Shown here piece after piece: positions 61,156-64,000 of a stretch of 64,000 bases of DNA; position 1 is the first letter of the stretch, and each line of letters begins with the position of its first letter. A program made the position numbers and the translations under genes. Origin of the DNA: an uncultured Prolixibacteraceae bacterium (lineage in GTDB: Bacteria; Bacteroidota; Bacteroidia; Bacteroidales; Prolixibacteraceae); the NCBI GenBank assembly GCA_964563975.1, contig CAZLZJ010000005.1, forward strand, positions 214 to 64,213, in the 5' to 3' direction. The notes under the pieces were generated by a model that was given only the letters and a program-made list of their open reading frames with translations, searched no databases and was not told the DNA's origin.

Positions 61156-62971
61156 AGCGGCTCATTGTCTCTTCAGCTTTTTTGTAAAGCTCGTTACGTG
61201 CTTCAGAACCTCCCGAAGGGGCATATCTTGCATATTCACAATGATCCACTATTTCAACAAAATCGTTGATAACTGCATCATTTACATTTTTTTCTTTAAG
61301 GTTCTCTATTGCTGATTCACGGTTAAGGTTAGCCAATGCAATAGACATTTTATCGCTTAGATATCCCCAGAAAGCTTTCAGTATGGCTTCGTGGAAAGCC
61401 TCGTTGTTATTCTGTTTCATAAACCTTAATGCTTCTTTCAGGCGACGTCTTGCCACGCGGTTAGCCTTTTTATTACGCATTAGTGCCGCATTGGCATTTT
61501 CACGGGCTTTTTTGCGGTAAACTATAACCAACAGAATAAATAGCAGGGAAGTTCCTCCGTAGAGTGAATAGAAAGCAGGTGTACCGAAAAAGGTATATCC
61601 TCTCATTCTAAGCATAGGATTACCCTGTTTAATATATCTGATATCCTGCCCCAGCAGTTGAATATCCTCTCTGCGCCGGTTGCTCATAACAGCAGTAGCC
61701 TGGTCTCCGGTACCTTTAATGACATGTAAGTTATATTCCGGAGTAGATTTGTTAATAAAGCTGCCTGTAGCAGGATTAAAAAAGACAAAGGGAATTGCAG
61801 GGATAACATAATCTCCTTCAAAGCGTGGTTGAAACAGATATTCAATAGTTTTGGTTCCTGAAATGCCGTTACCGGTTGCCTTAACATTATCAGTAGCCCT
61901 GGGATCATAAATTTCAAAATCGGAAGGCAGTTGGATCTCCGGGTTTCTTATAAGCCGGATATTACCGGAACCGCTGATTGTAAGCTTCAAAGTTACGGCA
62001 TCATTTGTAGTTACCTCAGAAGAGCTGAGTTCAGAGGTAATGTTGAAGTTTCCGACACCGCCGTAATAGTTTGCAGGTTGGGAAGGAAGGTCTTTTACGT
62101 TAATGCGTACCGGCGTGCTGGTTATTGTTGTTTTGATTGTTTGCACACCACTAAAAAAGTCATCAAAGAAACTCCTGGGTCTGACCCTTTGCTGCACAAG
62201 CAGAGTCATACTAAAAGGGTTGATAGTAATAGTGCCATTTTGCTGAGGGAAAAGAACTGTTTTTTTCAATATTCCCACCTGGTAGATCCGGTCATTATAG
62301 ACCTCTCTGTTGAAATTGATTTGCTGGGGCATTTCAATATCCTGAGTATAGAAACCTTCGTATGTGGGCAGGTTTACTTCATCAAATCCTGTTACCGGAA
62401 TATTAGGGTCTGCATAAAGCTTTACCGTAGCAATAATTTGCTCGCCCCGGTATACATTTTGTTTATTAACTTCCAATCTTATGAAAAGATTATTTCCTCC
62501 TAAGTCAACCGACTCCCCGGGTTGTGCTTGTTTTTGTTGACTTTGGGGAGGCTGTTGCTGCCCCGATTGAGTTTTGACAACCTGTATTTTTAAAGAATTG
62601 GATTCAATTATTTGCCCGTCGACCTCTATTGAAGCAGGTCTGATTTCAAAAGCACCCTCTTTTTTTGCTCTTAAGATATAGGTATATGAAAATGAAATTT
62701 CAGTTGTAGTTTTTCCGTTGATGGTTTGCATTCTTGTTGACTGACCTGTACTTGGTCCCATCAATATGTCGAAGTTATTTGCCAGATCAGGAGGAAGATC
62801 CAGATTACTGCCTTTTTGATTAAGTGTGAATGTAAGCCTGAATTGCTGGCCTGTTTCAACAGCATTTGGGGCAGACATAACAAATTTAGTCTCTTGTCCC
62901 CACCCTTTGGTTATGAAAAACAGAAATAAGCAATATGTAATTAACTTTTTTATCATAGATGATGCTACCAT
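61133..62971 (-). CDS. batD: BatD-family protein
   Basis: 612 aa with a signal peptide. Ig-like N-terminal repeats (V.TGQQFRLTFTLN), a TM near residue ~470 and a basic helical tail. Positioned between the batC- and batE-like genes. Confidence 0.8.
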   Translation of the reverse strand: MVASSMIKKLITYCLFLFFITKGWGQETKFVMSAPNAVETGQQFRLTFTLNQKGSNLDLPPDLANNFDILMGPSTGQSTRMQTINGKTTTEISFSYTYILRAKKEGAFEIRPASIEVDGQIIESNSLKIQVVKTQSGQQQPPQSQQKQAQPGESVDLGGNNLFIRLEVNKQNVYRGEQIIATVKLYADPNIPVTGFDEVNLPTYEGFYTQDIEMPQQINFNREVYNDRIYQVGILKKTVLFPQQNGTITINPFSMTLLVQQRVRPRSFFDDFFSGVQTIKTTITSTPVRINVKDLPSQPANYYGGVGNFNITSELSSSEVTTNDAVTLKLTISGSGNIRLIRNPEIQLPSDFEIYDPRATDNVKATGNGISGTKTIEYLFQPRFEGDYVIPAIPFVFFNPATGSFINKSTPEYNLHVIKGTGDQATAVMSNRRREDIQLLGQDIRYIKQGNPMLRMRGYTFFGTPAFYSLYGGTSLLFILLVIVYRKKARENANAALMRNKKANRVARRRLKEALRFMKQNNNEAFHEAILKAFWGYLSDKMSIALANLNRESAIENLKEKNVNDAVINDFVEIVDHCEYARYAPSGGSEARNELYKKAEETMSRFEKQIKR

Positions 62972-63732
62972 TCTTTTTCCGTCCTTATTTTTCTGCCTTT
63001 TGCTGCCCTGTTTTTATTTACTTTTTCCTGAATATCTTTTTCATCGTTTTCCAATGCCTGAAGCAGCTGTTCAGCATCTTCACGTGAAATTTTATTCTGC
63101 TGCTGTTGTTGTTGTTGCTGCTGATCCCGGTCTTGCCGGTCTTGCTGATCTTGACTATTCTGTTGATCTTTTTGATCCTGATTATCCTGATTGTTTTGCT
63201 GATCCTGATTATCTTGATTATTCTGCTGATCTTGTTTATCCTGTTGATCTTTTTGATCTTGTTGTTGCTGCTGTTGCTGATTTTTCATCATTTGGGCATA
63301 AACCAGATTATATTTAGTTTCCAAATCATTTGGATTATTTCTTAATGCCTCTTTATAGGATTCTATACTTTCATCTATTTTTTGTTGCATAAGCTGGCTG
63401 TTGCCCTGGTTATGCAGGGCACGTGCTTTTTCTTCTTTGGTTTCCAGTTTTTCGGTGAGGGTATTAAATTTTCTTTCTGCCTCTTCGAATCTCATTTGCT
63501 TATACATGGCATCTGCCAGGTTAAAATCCCATTTTTCACTATCCGGTTTTTTATCTAAAGCTTTTCTGTAGAACTCTTCTGCCCGGCCAAATTTTGTGGT
63601 GTCTAATCTTGAAGTGTCTTTAACGGCTTCCATAAACAGCTTATTTCCGCTTCTTACGAATTTTCTTTCATTTTGTCCGTAAGCTGTCTGTGTAACCATA
63701 ACAATAAAAAGTAAAATTATCAACCTGTACAT
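62965..63732 (-). CDS. batC: BatC-like TPR protein with Q/D/N-rich low-complexity tract
   Basis: Signal peptide and TPR repeats. A ~60-residue QQQQ/QDQ/QNN tract is followed by ISREDAEQLLQALENDEKD. Confidence 0.75.
   Translation of the reverse strand: MYRLIILLFIVMVTQTAYGQNERKFVRSGNKLFMEAVKDTSRLDTTKFGRAEEFYRKALDKKPDSEKWDFNLADAMYKQMRFEEAERKFNTLTEKLETKEEKARALHNQGNSQLMQQKIDESIESYKEALRNNPNDLETKYNLVYAQMMKNQQQQQQQDQKDQQDKQDQQNNQDNQDQQNNQDNQDQKDQQNSQDQQDRQDRDQQQQQQQQQNKISREDAEQLLQALENDEKDIQEKVNKNRAAKGRKIRTEKEW
63174..63227. repeat. Two tandem degenerate 27-nt units inside the batC low-complexity tract
   Basis: 63174-63200 and 63201-63227 differ at 3 of 27 positions. They sit inside a wider CTG/ATC-rich tract (~63100-63290). 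CTGTTGATCTTTTTGATC recurs 81 nt apart (63160 and 63241). Confidence 0.8.
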
Positions 63733-63795
63733 CTTAATTAATTTTTATAAACTAACCATTTATCTTTTTAATACCCGCCAATGATATATTTTATA

Positions 63796-64000
63796 TTAGT
63801 CAGAAGTAAACAATTTAATTCGCATAAGGTATCTGTTTTTTCTTTCTAAAATTAAAAATTCCAACAGTAATAAAATAATTCCTGCTGCAAAAAAGTATTG
63901 GAACTGATCATCATATTCTGAAAATATTACAGTTTCCATCTCCTCTTTATTAAGCTTATCAACTTCATCAAATAGCGCATTTAATCCAACCTGGGCATTA
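63796..64000 (-). CDS. batB: 3' end of a BatB/BatA-type VWA-domain membrane protein (partial, runs off the window)
   Basis: My own minus-strand translation: ...NAQVGLNALFDEVDKLNKEEMETVIFSEYDDQFQYFFAAGIILLLLEFLILERKNRYLMRIKLFTSD*. This is the typical C-terminal TM and tail of Bat VWA proteins. Stop at 63796-63798. Confidence 0.6.
   Translation of the reverse strand, partial: NAQVGLNALFDEVDKLNKEEMETVIFSEYDDQFQYFFAAGIILLLLEFLILERKNRYLMRIKLFTSD

Noticed and set aside
61931-62503. 190-aa plus-strand ORF
   Set aside because: It lies wholly antisense within the batD-like gene. It has no motifs, and the batD reading frame is long and family-typical.
63106-63345. 79-aa plus-strand ORF encoding an almost pure Leu/Ile polypeptide
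   Set aside because: It is the antisense reading of the batC CAG/GAT-rich repeat tract. It is an artefact of the low-complexity sequence.
1-64000. Scan of all intergenic gaps over 75 nt for tRNA, rRNA, tmRNA or SRP-like genes, and for transposase, integrase or phage genes
   Set aside because: The gaps are AT-rich and short, at most 347 nt. I saw no cloverleaf-compatible GC-rich segments and no mobile-element proteins among the ORFs, so none is reported.

Overview
Densely coding chromosomal segment that looks Bacteroidota-derived. The taxon signals are a SusC/SusD pair, Bat aerotolerance genes, TAnnTTTG promoter cores and a Cys-poor L36. Layout: (1) 9-13136 is an anti-sigma-controlled SusC/SusD locus. 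Its only enzymes are a sulfatase, a metallophosphoesterase, two TAT-exported Rossmann oxidoreductases (one GH109-like) and a PmoA-family lipoprotein. (2) 13197-16743 is a C39-peptidase ABC exporter plus HlyD adaptor with no visible cargo gene. (3) 16960-34310 is the complete str/S10/spc/alpha ribosomal superoperon, rpsL to rplQ. It includes a 38-codon rpmJ that the ORF track misses. (4) 34318-52847 is a mixed region. It holds TAT-signal TIM-barrel proteins, a repeat-rich protein with a degenerate GH16-like domain, a co-directional exbB-exbD-tonB-yitT-patatin/Omp85-lipoprotein-porin string, a secreted C26 amidotransferase-like peptidase, a prohibitin, a thioesterase, a tiny charged ORF, an OmpA-family protein and yjbQ. 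(5) 52984-60283 holds iorAB, a stand-alone fucI and a DPP-IV-type peptidase. (6) 60352-64000 holds batE-batD-batC and the 3' end of batB on the minus strand. I found no tRNA/rRNA genes, CRISPR arrays, transposases or integrases. My best candidates for undescribed biology are the glycoside-hydrolase-free PUL with its oxidoreductase/PmoA-like module, the repeat protein at 37336-39168, and the outer-membrane gene string at 39165-44140. All calls come from reading the translations and motifs by eye. No database search was run.
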